A stretch of DNA of 47,010 nt from Chiloscyllium plagiosum (Eukaryota): NCBI RefSeq assembly GCF_004010195.1, contig NC_057719.1:10796998-10844007 (forward strand), in the 5' to 3' direction. Position 1 is the stretch's first letter; each line of letters starts with the position of its first letter. A program made the translations under genes and the position numbers. Positions 1 through 10,688 of the stretch are shown here, piece by piece. Under the pieces are notes generated by a model. That model made no database searches and was not told the DNA's origin. It saw nothing but the letters and a program-made list of their open reading frames with translations.

Positions 1-211
1 CCCACTCCGGCCTATCACCCTCACCTTGACCTCCTTCCACCTATCACATTTCCAATGCCCCTCCCCCAAGTCCCTCCTCCCTACCTTTTATCTTAGCCTG
101 CTGGGCACACTTTCCTCATTCCTGAAGAAGGGCTTATGCCCGAAACGTCGATTCTCCTGTTCCTTGGATGCTGCCTGACCTGCTGCGCTTTTCCAACAAC
201 ACATTTTCAGC
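1..211 (+). mobile_element. Penelope-like element 3' terminal region (pLTR), cut by the window edge
   Basis: Same sequence follows the GIY-YIG C-terminus in the copy at 20492-21121; contains a hammerhead core at 122-149. Confidence 0.8.
122..149 (+). ncRNA. Minimal type I hammerhead ribozyme motif
   Basis: CTGAAGA-A-GGGC-TTAT-GCCC-GAAAC-GTC: conserved core, 4-bp stem II, palindromic ACGT stem III, GUC cleavage triplet. Confidence 0.75.
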
Positions 212-521
212 ATCTGTTGAATTACCTGGAAGATTCAAGGGCTTATTGTTCCCCACTGTTTTTTTCTGAACAATGCCTTGGCCAATAAGTACCATTTTCT
301 CCTGTAGTTTAAATTGTTATGAAAATTTAAGATGTATTCTTGCATTTGTTCTCATGAATGTAAAGAGCCAACTCCTGAGCAGTTAGCTAGGAAGTTACAT
401 CAGCAATGATATAATCGATCACACAGTGATGGAGAAACTCTGAAGGCAGAAGCAACACTGCAGAACCTGTGCTTAGGCTACATACAAGGATGCACAGGCA
501 TTCATCAGGGATAAATATAGG

Positions 522-817
522 GTAGGGGAATGGGCCTGGGTGGGTTATTCTTCAGAGGGTCAGTGTGGACATGTTGGGCTGAAGCCCTGTTTCCACACTC
601 TAGGGAATCTATGACTAATCCACTTAGCCTACACATCCCTGGACACTATGGGGCAATTTAGCACCAACAATCCACCTAATCCGCACATTTTTGGACTGTG
701 GGAGGAAACTAGAGCACCCTGGGAAAACCCATGCAGACACAGGGAGAACTGCATACAGACAGTCACCCGAAGTCCATGGCGCTGTGAGACAGCATTCAGT
801 GATCCACTACGACGCCT
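522..817. mobile_element. Two HE1-type shark SINE fragments in opposite orientation (522-613 +, 615-817 -)
   Basis: Similar to the SINE copies at 10077-10369 and 36762-37111 (GGGCAATTTAGCA, GGACTGTGGGAGGAAAC). Confidence 0.75.
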
Positions 818-895
818 CAAACTGTGAAGCACTTTTCAAATGAAGACACTGTTGTAATTGTATTATAATATTAAGATAGCTATAAAATGTTTCGC

Positions 896-968
896 TGGCC
901 CATATTGTGATCAAACCTGTGACCTAGCATTATTTGCACCACGCTCTAACCAACTAACCTAAGCAGCC
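896..968 (-). pseudogene. Decayed tRNA-Ile(AAT)-like sequence, possibly a SINE head
   Basis: Minus strand GGCTGCTTAGGTTAGTTGGTTAGAGCGTGGTGCAAATAATGCTAGGTCACAGGTTTGATCACAATATGGGCCA aligns end to end with vertebrate tRNA-Ile(AAT); stems and B-box are damaged. Confidence 0.75.
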
Positions 969-1004
969 ACAGAAAAACAGAATTAATGTTTTTGAATGGG
1001 CTAT

Positions 1005-1135
1005 GAAAAAGAATCATACTGGACCTGAAATGAGAACTCTGTTTTTCTGTCCAGACATGCTGCCAGACCTAATCTGAGTCTCTCAGCAGTTTGCTGTCAT
1101 TTCAGATTCCTAGCATCCACAATCCCTTGCTTTTG
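1005..1135 (+). mobile_element. Old PLE terminal fragment (family of 21539-21712 and 39220-39315)
   Basis: GCTGCCAGACCT...TTTCAGATTCCTAGCATC shared with those copies; eroded hammerhead. Confidence 0.5.
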
Positions 1136-1264
1136 TTTGACCAGACAGACAGTATACAGACTCTCTAATCCATGCCCTGGCTTTACTTAAATCATTCCTT
1201 TTTGTCTGAATCTCATTGTCTTCCTCAACCCTTTCCAAACCGTATGGGTATGTTTTCTCATATC

Positions 1265-2400
1265 AGAGAACAGAGGTGCATCCTGTCCTACACAGGCCCT
1301 TCGGCCCACCATGGCTGTGCTGACCATGGTGCCACTATGAACGTTTTTCTGCACATGGTCCATATCCCTCTATTCCCTGTCTGTGCATGTGTCTGCCTAA
1401 ATGCCTCTTAAATATAGCTGTCATATCAGTTCATACCACCTCTCCTGGCAGTGCATTCCAGGCACCCACCACCTTCTGTTTAAAGACTTGCCTCGCACAT
1501 CTCCTTTAAACCTTCCCCCTCTCACCTTAAACCTTTGACATTTCCACTCTGGGAAAAAGACTATCCACTCTATCCATGCCTCTCATAAATTCTATCAGGT
1601 CGCCCCTCAGCCTCCAACACTCTAGTGAAAACAATCCAAGTTTATCTAACCTCTCCTTTTGGGTAATACACTCCAAACCAGGCAATATTCTGGTAAACCT
1701 CTTTTGCACTCTTCAAAAAGGCCTCCATATCCTTCCAAAGGTGCGGTGACCAAAACTATACAAAATCCTCCAAATGTGGCCTCACTAAAGATTTATACAG
1801 CTGCAACATGACTTTTATACTCAGTGCCCCAACTGACGAAGGCCTTCTTCACCACCTTATCCACTTGTGTTGCCACTTTCAGGGAGCTATGGACTTGCAC
1901 CCCAAGATTCCTCTGCACATTAATTCTTCGACAGGTCCAACCATTTACTGCATACTTTCCACTTGTAATTGACCTCCCAAAATGTATCACCTCACACTTG
2001 TCTGGATTAAACTCCATCTGCCATTTCTCCACCAACTGATCTATATCCTACTGTTTCCTTTGACAAACCTCCTCACTATCTACTACTCCACTAATTTTCA
2101 TGCAACTACAAGCTTACTAATTAGACAACTTACATTTTCAACCAAATCATTGATATTCACCAAAGGCCCCCAACACTGATCCTTGTGGAACACCACTGAT
2201 CACAGACGTCCAGTCAGATAAACTCCCCTTTGCAATTGCTCTCTGTCTTCTATGACGGTGCCAATTTTGTTTTCATTTTGCCAAATAACCATGGATTACA
2301 TGTGATTTAATCTTCTACCATGTGGGATCTTGTCAAATGCTTTAGTAAAGTCCATGCAGACAACATCCACTAACTCATCCTCATCAATCATCTTCATCAC
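1265..2400 (-). mobile_element. CR1 LINE 3' fragment (RT C-terminus and 3' UTR), degenerate
   Basis: ORF pieces WQMEFNPDKCEVIHFG and RLRGDLIE are typical of CR1 ORF2. Confidence 0.9.
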
Positions 2401-2401
2401 T

Positions 2402-3415
2402 TAGAGTCATAGAGATGTACAGCATGCAAACAGACCCTTCGATCCAACTCATCCATGCCGACCAAATATCTCAACCCAATCTAGTCCCACCTGCCAGCAC
2501 CCGGCCCATATCCCTCCAAACCCTTCCTATTCATATACCCATCCACATACTTTTTAAATGTTGCAATTGTACTAGCCTCCACCACATCCTCTGGCAGCTC
2601 ATTCCATACACGTACCACCCTCTGTGTGAAAAAGTTGCCTCTTAGGTCTCTTTTATATCTCTCCCCTCTCACTCTAAACCTATGCCCACTAGTTCTGGAC
2701 TTCTCCACTCCAGAGAAAAGATGTTGTCTATTTATCCCATCTATGCCCCTCATAATTTTGTAAACCTCTATAAGGTCACCCCTCAGCCTCCAACGCTCCT
2801 GGGAAAACAGCCCCAGCCTGTTCAGCCTCTCCCTATAGCTCAAATCCTGGCAACATCCTTGTAATTCTTTTCTGAATCCTTTCAAGTTTCACAACAATAT
2901 TCCAACAGTGGCCTAACCAATGTCCTGTCCAGCCGCAACATGACCTCCCAACTCCTGTACTCAATACTCTGACCAATAAAGGAAAGCATACCAAACGCCT
3001 TCTTCACTATCCTATCTACCTGTGACTTCCCTTTCAAGGTGCTATGAACTTGCACTACAATGTCTCTTTGTTCAGCAACACTCCATAGGACCTTACCATT
3101 AAGTGTATAAGTCCTGCTAAGATTTGCTTTCCCAAAATGCAGCACCTCGTATTTATCGGAATAAAACTCCATCTGCCACTTCTCAGCACATTGGCCCATC
3201 TGATCAAGATCCTGTTGTAATCTGAGCTAACCTCTTCGCTGTCCACTACACCTCCAATTTTGGTGTCATCTGCAAACTTACTAACTGTACCTCTTATGCT
3301 CGCATCCAAATAATTTATATAAACGATGAAAAGTAGTGGACTCAGCACTGATCCTTGTGGCACTCCAGTGGTCACAGGCCTCCAGTCTGAAAAGCAACTC
3401 TCCACCACCACCCTC
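2402..3415 (-). mobile_element. HER1/CR1 LINE 3' fragment (younger)
   Basis: GVPQGSVL, KFADDTK, RLRGDLIEVYKIM; TCTATGACTCTA tail at about 2402. Confidence 0.93.
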
Positions 3416-3520
3416 CATTACCCTAATGCACTTTGCATGGTATGATCTGCCTGTACTACACACAAATCAAAACTTTTCACTATACCTAAGTACATGTGAC
3501 AATAATAAATCAAATAAAAG
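3416..3520 (+). mobile_element. LINE 3' tail (probably Rex1/Babar type)
   Basis: Near-identical to 35703-35790 (GGTATGATCTGCCTGTACT...AAGTACATGTGACAAT). Confidence 0.55.
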
Positions 3521-3601
3521 AATAATCATGCATAAACAAGAAGCAAATAAAGATGAGTCTTGGATTGATGTGCATTAGTAATCTATCCATCTCTATTGCA
3601 G

Positions 3602-3645
3602 TGGGGCATATGTGTATACAAACACAACTACACAAACACTACAAG
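3602..3645 (+). CDS. Candidate internal exon (phase 2 to phase 1) of an unnamed + strand gene
   Basis: Acceptor CCATCTCTATTGCAG, open frame GAYVYTNTTTQTLQ, weak donor AAG|GTTTAT; phase matches exon 9510-9600. Confidence 0.3.
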
Positions 3646-3784
3646 GTTTATACATGACACCCCATCTTTTAAAGGCTGGCTATTAGGGGGATGGCTCGTG
3701 GCTCAGTGGGTACATGGCTCATGTTGCACTGAGCTTTTCAGAAGAGAAAGCCCCCAGATTCCTTTTCTTTTAATAGATTTTTTT

Positions 3785-4730
3785 CACAGAATGTAGACAT
3801 CATTGGTTGGGCCAACATATACTGCCCATTCCTAGTTGGTTTTGAGAAAATGGTGATGAACCTCCTTCTTGAATCTTTGCAGTCCATTTGGTGTAGGTAC
3901 CCTCACAATGCCCTTTGGAAGAGAGTTCTAGGATTTTGACCCAGCAACACTGAAGAAATGGTGATATATTTCCAAGTCAGGATGGTGAGGGGAACCTGCA
4001 GGTGGTGGTGTTCCCATGTATCTGCTGCCCTTGTCCTTCTGGATGGAAGTGGTTGTGGGTTTGGAAGGTGCTGTCTAAAGATCTTTGATGACTTCCTACA
4101 GTGTATCTAGTAGATAGTTCTGAGCGTCATGGTGGAGGGAGTGCTTGTGGATGTGGTGCCAATCAAGTGGGCTGCTTTGATTTGGATGGTGTCAAGTTTC
4201 CTGAGTGCTGTTGGGGCTGCACCCATCCAGGCAAGTGGGGAGTATTCCATCACACTCCTGACTTTTGCCTTGTAGATGGCTTTGCGGACTCAGGAGGTAA
4301 GTTACTAACTGCAGTATTCCTAGCCTCTGACCTGCTATTGTAACCATTGTGCTTATGTGTTGAGTCAAGTTGAGTTTCTGGTCAATGATAACCACCAGGA
4401 TGTTGCTGGGATGGTGGGGTGGGGGGGTTTCCAGCTATGGTAACACCATCGAAAGACAAGTGGTGATGGTTAGATTCCCTCTTGCTGGATGTGGTCATTG
4501 TCTTGCATTTGTGAACTGTGAATATTGCTTGCCACTTGTCAGCCCAAGCCCGGATATTGTCCAAGTCATTCTGCATTTGAACAGGGACTGCTTCAGTATC
4601 TGACGAGTTGTGAATGGAGCTGAACATTGTGCTATTATCAGTGAACATTCCACTTCTGACCTTATGTTGGAGGGAAAGTCATCGATGAAGCAGCTAGTTT
4701 GGGGCTAGGGCACTACCCTGAGGAACTCTT
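3785..4730 (-). mobile_element. Older CR1-clade LINE 3' fragment (second family)
   Basis: MFTDNSTMF...QNDLDNIRAWADKWQ; same family as 34274-35635. Confidence 0.8.
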
Positions 4731-5221
4731 TAACTGGATTATGTTGAGTTATTGCTCTCTTGGATGATGTCTAGAAATTCCTGTACTCTAAAACCAACAC
4801 CAAACCTGATGGTGATATGTTTTTGATGTATAATTGATAGAACAAAGGCTTGGGGTGTAGGGGAAGATGCAATATAAGGTGTAAATCAGACTGTTTCGTA
4901 TGCTAATAAGATACAATATGAATCACAGTAAGTGATGCTATGTTTCAGGATATTACCTTCTCTCACAGCCTTGTGGCAAGATGAACCCATAGTAAAATGT
5001 TTCTTCAGTAAAATTAATGTCTTCATTACCTGCCAGAAGCATAATGACACAGACTGGTCATTCTCAGCTCATATACCTCCAAGTGGAGGACCAGTACAAC
5101 CAGAATGCATACTGCTTCTTCTAACTGTATTTCCCTCTGGATCAATAAACACTGCCTATGTTTTAAACAGTATCATAAAACTAAGAATATTACAGGCTCT
5201 ACTCCCCATTGACCAAAAGAG

Positions 5222-5955
5222 ACTATACGATATAGGAACAGAATTAGGCCATTTGGCCCATTGAGTTTGCTCCACTATTTGGTCATGGCTGATATGTTTC
5301 TCAACCTTATTCAACTTCCTTCTTCACATAATCTTTGATCCTCATAATATCAAAAACCTATCTATCTCTGTTTTAAAGACGCTCAATGACTTGGCCTCCA
5401 CAGCCCTCTGCGGCAATGAGTTCCACAGATTAAGCACCCTCTGGTTGAAGAAATTCCTTCTCATCTCAGTTCTAAAGGGCCGTCCCTTCACTCTGAAGCT
5501 GTGCCCTGGATCCTAATCTCTCTTACTAGTGGAAACCTCTTTTCACATCCACTCTCTCGAGGTCTCTCAGCATTCTGTAAGTTTCAATCAGATCCCCACT
5601 CATCCTTCTAAACTCCATTAAGTACAGACCCAGAGACCTCAACCACTCCTTATATAACAAGCCCTTCATCCCCAGGATCATTCTTGTGAATCTCCTCTTG
5701 ACCCCCTACAAAGTCAGACTTTTTTAGATACAGGTCCAAAAACTGTTTACCATATTCCAAATGCGATCTGACCAGAACCTTATACAGCATCATCAGTGCA
5801 TACTTGCTCTTGTATTCTAGTCCTCTCGAAATGAATGCTAACACTGCATTAGCCTTCCTCACTGCCAAATAGACCTGCATGTTAATCTTAAGGGAATCCT
5901 GCATGAAGACTCCTAAGTGCCTTTGAGCTTCAGATTTCTGAAGCCTTTCCCCATT
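5222..5955 (-). mobile_element. CR1 LINE 3' fragment
   Basis: AVRKANAVLAFISRGLEYKS...LYKVLVRSHLEY. Confidence 0.85.
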
Positions 5956-6611
5956 GAGGTTTGCTAAGCCTGGCTAGATATTTTCTCACCAAGCTGCTCA
6001 GAGATGTTATTACACACCACTGAAGCAGGTGAGATTTGAACCCAGATCTCCTGGTGGGTTTGGCTACTGGATGTCAGATCAGATAACATCTAATCATATC
6101 CCAAATGGTTTAGCTTACTGAAGTCATGATATTTACCTTAGAAAACGGGGCTAGACATGCTGCAAACATGTCTTTAGTGCCTGACAGTTTGTATCTCCAT
6201 GTCCAGAACTTGCAAAATATGTTAATATTTCCAATGAAGCATTAAACCTCTGAAGACTCATGTCTAAACCGTCATGTTAATTGAAAAACACATTCACTAA
6301 AATAAATTCTCCTGGAACTGACAACTGTAGCATTAGCATTTCTGGAATTTGTGATGCAGAGAGAATCCCTTTGAATATTTATTCCCCCAGAACTTTTGTA
6401 AATAGTCCAACGAAAGAATCTCTCTCCTTCAGAACAGCTTTTTGAAAACAATGGAGCTTAGGAGCCCAAGTGTATGGGAGAGAGCCCATTGATGCACATG
6501 CAACCACTCAACCAAGCAGATAAGTAAAACCGAAACCAAATTATGGTGATTTTTTTTTAAAAGGTAGAAATTGTGGTTTTATTAAATCAAGACAGTCAAT
6601 GTTATCAGAAA

Positions 6612-6698
6612 CAAGATTAGAGTAGTGTTGGAAAAGCACAGCAGGTCAGGCAACATCCAAAGAGCAGGTAAATCAATGTTTCGGGCAAAAGTCCTTCA
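6612..6698 (-). mobile_element. 87-bp PLE single-arm insertion with TSD
   Basis: Flanked by TCAATGTTATCAGAAA at 6596-6611 and 6699-6714; ends in the hammerhead core. Confidence 0.8.
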
Positions 6699-6998
6699 TC
6701 AATGTTATCAGAAAGATAAGCCTTGTAGGAATGTATAACAGGAATAGGCAATTCTGCTGTGTATGGTGTATAACGTTCAAGTGAGGCAAGGAGGATTCAA
6801 GAATTTTTTTCACTCAGAGAGCAGATAGTATATGGAATACACCGCCTGGAAATGTAGGGGATGCAGATTCAAGAGTGCACTGGATTTTTCTGTTGGATAG
6901 TGATTGTTTGTTCCCAAGTTAAGGATAAAAGGAAGAAGATTGGCACTTGGCAACAGAGCCAATGCAGACATGATAGGCTGATGGGCATCCTTCTGCAC

Positions 6999-7925
6999 TG
7001 TAGTGATTTGAGCAAGGTCAGTTAGGTGGACCGCATGGAATATGAGTTCCCTGATTGGGGCTACTAATCTGGTCCAATCAGGGAGTCCTGGCTGACAGAT
7101 ATAAACAGCGTTGTTTGTCACTGGCCACCTGGGTGTTTTCCTATCTTCCTGGTGGTGGAAATTGAATAAAGATTCGTGCACTTTGTGTCTTTCACTGTGT
7201 CTCACACCTGCACACACACACCATGGGTGCTGGGGATAAAAAAAAGAAAGAAAAAGAAGAAGAGCAGGAGTGTGCCGTTTGTAGTCATGGCCGAGTGGTT
7301 AAGGCGATGGATTCGAAATCTATTTCCAACTCTATTTTGATTTAGTCCCTACCCTCCCCTTCACTGTTTTGATCACACAGCACTGCCCTTTGATGTGAAG
7401 GGCAGTGTCTGCACTGTAGTGATTTGAGCAAGGTTAATCAGGTGGACTGCATGGAATATGAATTCCCTGATTGGGGCTACCAATCAGGGAGTCCTGGCTG
7501 ACAGATATAAACAGGAGTGCACCCACTGTGTCTCACACCTGCACACATACAACATGGGTGCTGGGGAAAAAATAAGCACTACCGCAGTTAGGTGGTAGTG
7601 TGGGGGTAAAAGTAAACAGAAGTGACAGACATCCTGTTCACTCTGAGAGCTGGCTCTGAGTGAGCTGGGTCAGTGTCAAGGACTCTGCACTTGTAAATAA
7701 AGGGTGACTTGGTGACAGGATACCAACCTCTATGCAGTTATTTCAGGGGGGAATGACATATACAATTGAATAACACTAATAAAATGTAGAAAAAATAAAT
7801 AAACAGGAGTGTGAGAGGTTCTGCTCACTCTATGAATCGGCTCTGTGCTAGCTGGGTCGTGTACTATACAGGTGTAAATAAAGGGTGACTTGGTGATAGA
7901 TGTAAGTCTTCAAGGAGTTATTTCA
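6999..7925 (+). mobile_element. Short LTR (TG...CA) expanded by internal insertions and duplications
   Basis: Starts TGTAGTGA, ends TTATTTCA, 5-bp TSD TGCAC (6994-6998, 7926-7930); homologous to the solo LTR at 22383-22590. Confidence 0.75.
7281..7324 (+). pseudogene. 5' half of a tRNA-Ser gene (anticodon reads CGA)
   Basis: GTAGTCATGGCCGAGTGGTTAAGGCGATGGATTCGAAATCTATT matches vertebrate tRNA-Ser through the anticodon arm, then stops. Confidence 0.85.
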
Positions 7926-8344
7926 TGCACCATGATATTTCTGTCATTCTGCAATATGCCAACTTCCTTCACTCATTTTGATTGAATAACAATCAATTAA
8001 GCTTGCCAAAACATTCAAATAATCCCTCTGGTCTCAACAGCTTTTTACGAGGGAGAGAGAGTTCACTGCCCCTTTGTGTGGAGTGGTGCTGTCTAAATGA
8101 CACCATCCTTTGAAGGGCCAGGTATCAAAAGGAACACTCCCACCTCAATCAGTCATTACAGACACCATCATTGGAGTCAGCCATTAATCTTTCAAATTCC
8201 AGGGACCAGAAACCCAACCTATAAAAACTGTCCCCATTATTTAACCCTTTGAGACCCAGTCTTTTTTTCTGGTGGATCTGCACAACACATTTAGTCTATT
8301 CTGCCCGAGGTGCAGGGTTTGGACCTGGATCTAATCAGAACTTC

Positions 8345-9350
8345 TTTTGGTATAGGCTGTCAGGTTTTGCTAAAACTATACAAGCTATCAGTCAGACCAC
8401 AGCTGCAATACTGTGGCAATTTTGGATCCCTAATCTAAGGAAAGGTATTGGCAAGAGAGGCAGTCCAGAGAAGGTGCACTGGACTTATCCCAGATGTGGA
8501 GGGACTGGGTCCTAAGGAGAGGTGGAATAGGTTAGGCCTGTACTCATTGGAAAATACAATGTGGAGGTGCCTGTGTTGGACTGGGGTGGACAAGGTCAGA
8601 AGTCACATGACACCAGGTTATAATCCAACAGGTTTATTTGAAATCACAAGCTTTTGGAACGCAGCTGCTTCATCAGATGACTTCACCTAATGAAGGAGCA
8701 GCGCTTCAAAAGTTTGTCATTTCAAACAAACCTGTTGGACTGTAACCTGGTGTCATGTGACTTCTGACCTTGGGATATAGAAAGCAACCTCAGTGAAATA
8801 TGCAAGATTCTTAGACAACTTGATGGGGTAGAAGTGAAAAGGTAGTTTCTCCTTGTGGGAGAGTCTGGGACCAAAGCAGTATAATCTCAAAATAAGGGGC
8901 CACACGTATAAAATGGAGGCAAGGAGAAATTTCTTAGAGTCATAGAGTCACAGAGATGTACAGCACGGAAACAGATCCTTTGGTCCTATTTGTCCATGCC
9001 AACCAGATATCCTAACCCAATCTAGTCCCACCTGCCAGCATCCGGCCCATACCCCTCCAAACCCTTCCTATTCATATACCCATCCAAATGCCTCTTAAAT
9101 GTTGCAATTGTACCAGCCTCCACCACTTCCTCTGGAAGGCAGTGTATCTGCGGAATTTGCTGCAGAGGGTTGTTGATGATGGGTCATTGTATTTTTGAGG
9201 CTGAAATAGACAGACTTTAATCAATTAGGAAGTCAAGGTTTGTAGGGGAAAGGCAGGAATATGGAGTTGAGGTTGATCAGATTAGCTGTGATCTCATTAA
9301 ATGGCAGAGCAGACTCGATGGGCTGAATGGCCTGCTTCTGTTCCTATGTC
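8345..9350 (+). mobile_element. Old CR1 3' fragment interrupted by a PLE fold-back (8556-8772) and a reverse CR1 tail (8935-9135)
   Basis: EAVQRRCTGLIP...RLGLYSLE, continuing after each insertion. Confidence 0.75.
8556..8772. mobile_element. PLE-derived fold-back element, family 2
   Basis: Inverted arms 8591-8676 and 8687-8772, each with an eroded CTGATGA-stem-(G)AAA core; about 35 nt unpaired tail on the left. Confidence 0.75.
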
Positions 9351-9509
9351 TGACATTTTAATGGCCTAAATTCTACTCTTTGGTATTCCAGACCCTTGGG
9401 CTGATGGCCTACATTCCTTTCTCTTAGCTTCTTTTTGCTGTAATTTAGAGAGCGATAATTCAATCCCATTAAACATGGTGTTTCCTGAATTGTTTAAACT
9501 CCCCTTCAG

Positions 9510-9600
9510 ATCTACTTATAAAATCCATAATGCTCACTCACTATTGCACACCGAACGCTGATGTGCAGCAGAATGGTCGATACATCTGGCACAGCAAAAG
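9510..9600 (+). CDS. Probable internal coding exon (phase 1 to phase 2) of an unnamed + strand gene
   Basis: Non-repeat sequence; acceptor AAACTCCCCTTCAG, donor AAG|GTCTGT; open frame LLIKSIMLTHYCTPNADVQQNGRYIWHSK; joins in frame to 19750. Confidence 0.55.
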
Positions 9601-9658
9601 GTCTGTGCCAGGTTACAAAAAAAAGCATGCTGAAGCCTAATCCCACTCTCAGTTTCTG

Positions 9659-9879
9659 AGCTGAAAATGTGTTGCTGGAAAAGCGCAGCAGGTCAGGCAG
9701 CATCCAGGGAACAGGAGAATCGACGTTTCGGGCATAAGCCCTTCTTCAGGAATGGCTGAAGAAGGGCTTATGCCCGAAACATCGATTCTCCTGTTCCCTG
9801 GATGCTGCCTGACCTGCTGCGCTTTTCCAGCAACACATTTTCAGCTCTGATCTCCAGCATCTGCAGACCTCACTTTCTC
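9659..9879. mobile_element. PLE-derived fold-back element with hammerhead cores on both strands
   Basis: 92-bp arms 9658-9749 and 9756-9847 (1 mismatch), tail to 9879, TSD CTCTCAGTTTCTG (9646-9658, 9880-9892). Confidence 0.88.
9722..9749 (-). ncRNA. Minimal hammerhead ribozyme motif (intact core)
   Basis: Minus strand CTGAAGAAGGGCTTATGCCCGAAACGTC. Confidence 0.72.
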
Positions 9880-10076
9880 CTCTCAGTTTCTGGTCCTCTC
9901 AGTTTCTGTGAACCCTCATGCTTTTCTTTGAATGTGATGAAGGCTTCTGCTTCCAACTCTCATTCAGACAGTGATTTCCAGATACACCAATCATAGAATC
10001 ATCGAATTTCCAAAAAAGCTACCCACCTCATCCCAGTCTCCATAGCCCTCTGAATTCATCACTTGCAAATATATTA

Positions 10077-10369
10077 ATTAGATTAGATTACTTACAGTGT
10101 GGAAACAAGCCCTTCGGCCCAACAAGTCCACACCGACGAAGCGCGACCCACCCAGACCCATTCCCCTACATTTACCCCTTCACCTAACACTACGGGCAAT
10201 TTAGCGTGGCCAATCCACCTAACCTGCACATTTTGGATTGTGGGAGGAAACTGGAGCACCCGGAGGAAACCCAAGCAGACACGGGGAGAATGTGCAAACT
10301 CCACACAGAGTCGCCTGAGGCGGGAATTGAACCCAGGTCTCTGGCGCTGTGAGGCAGCAGTGCTAACCA
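10077..10369 (-). mobile_element. HE1-type SINE, 5'-truncated
   Basis: (TTAGA)n tail at left; tRNA-like B-box GGTTCAATTCC on the minus strand near 10325-10336. Confidence 0.88.
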
Positions 10370-10688
10370 GCTGGTTAAATGGTTACAGAGTGCCAGGTGG
10401 GTGAGGTACCAGATGTTGAATTGGGTAAAGTGCGATGAGAATGGGGTGCTAGGTGGCTGAGATGGGGAATGTGCCGGTGTCTGGGGTACCAGGTGTCTGC
10501 GGTGCCAGGTGGCTGAGGTGCCAATTGGCTGAGATGCAGAGCATGCCAGGTGGCTGGGGTGCCAGGTGGCTAAGATGGGGGTGTACCAGGTGGCTGGGGT
10601 GACAAGTAGCTGAGATGGGGGTATACCAGGTGTCTGCGGTGCTGGGTGTCTGCAGTGCCAGGTGGCTGAGGTGCCAGGTGGCTGAGAT
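10367..10688. repeat. G-rich degenerate minisatellite (GGTGCCAGGTGGCTGAG-type units), copy of 12379-12701
   Basis: About 320 bp nearly identical to 12379-12701. Confidence 0.9.

Noticed and set aside
4880..4933. Strong GTAAGT donor at 4928
   Set aside because: No credible acceptor, and upstream stops in all three frames
7281..7324. Functional tRNA-Ser gene or LTR primer-binding site
   Set aside because: Variable arm, T arm and 3' acceptor strand are missing; a PBS would be complementary to the tRNA 3' end, not a sense 5' half
9512..9996. Recurring MLPDLL... ORFs (also at 12978 and elsewhere) suggesting a peptide family
   Set aside because: They start inside the non-coding PLE terminal arm and simply mark its copies
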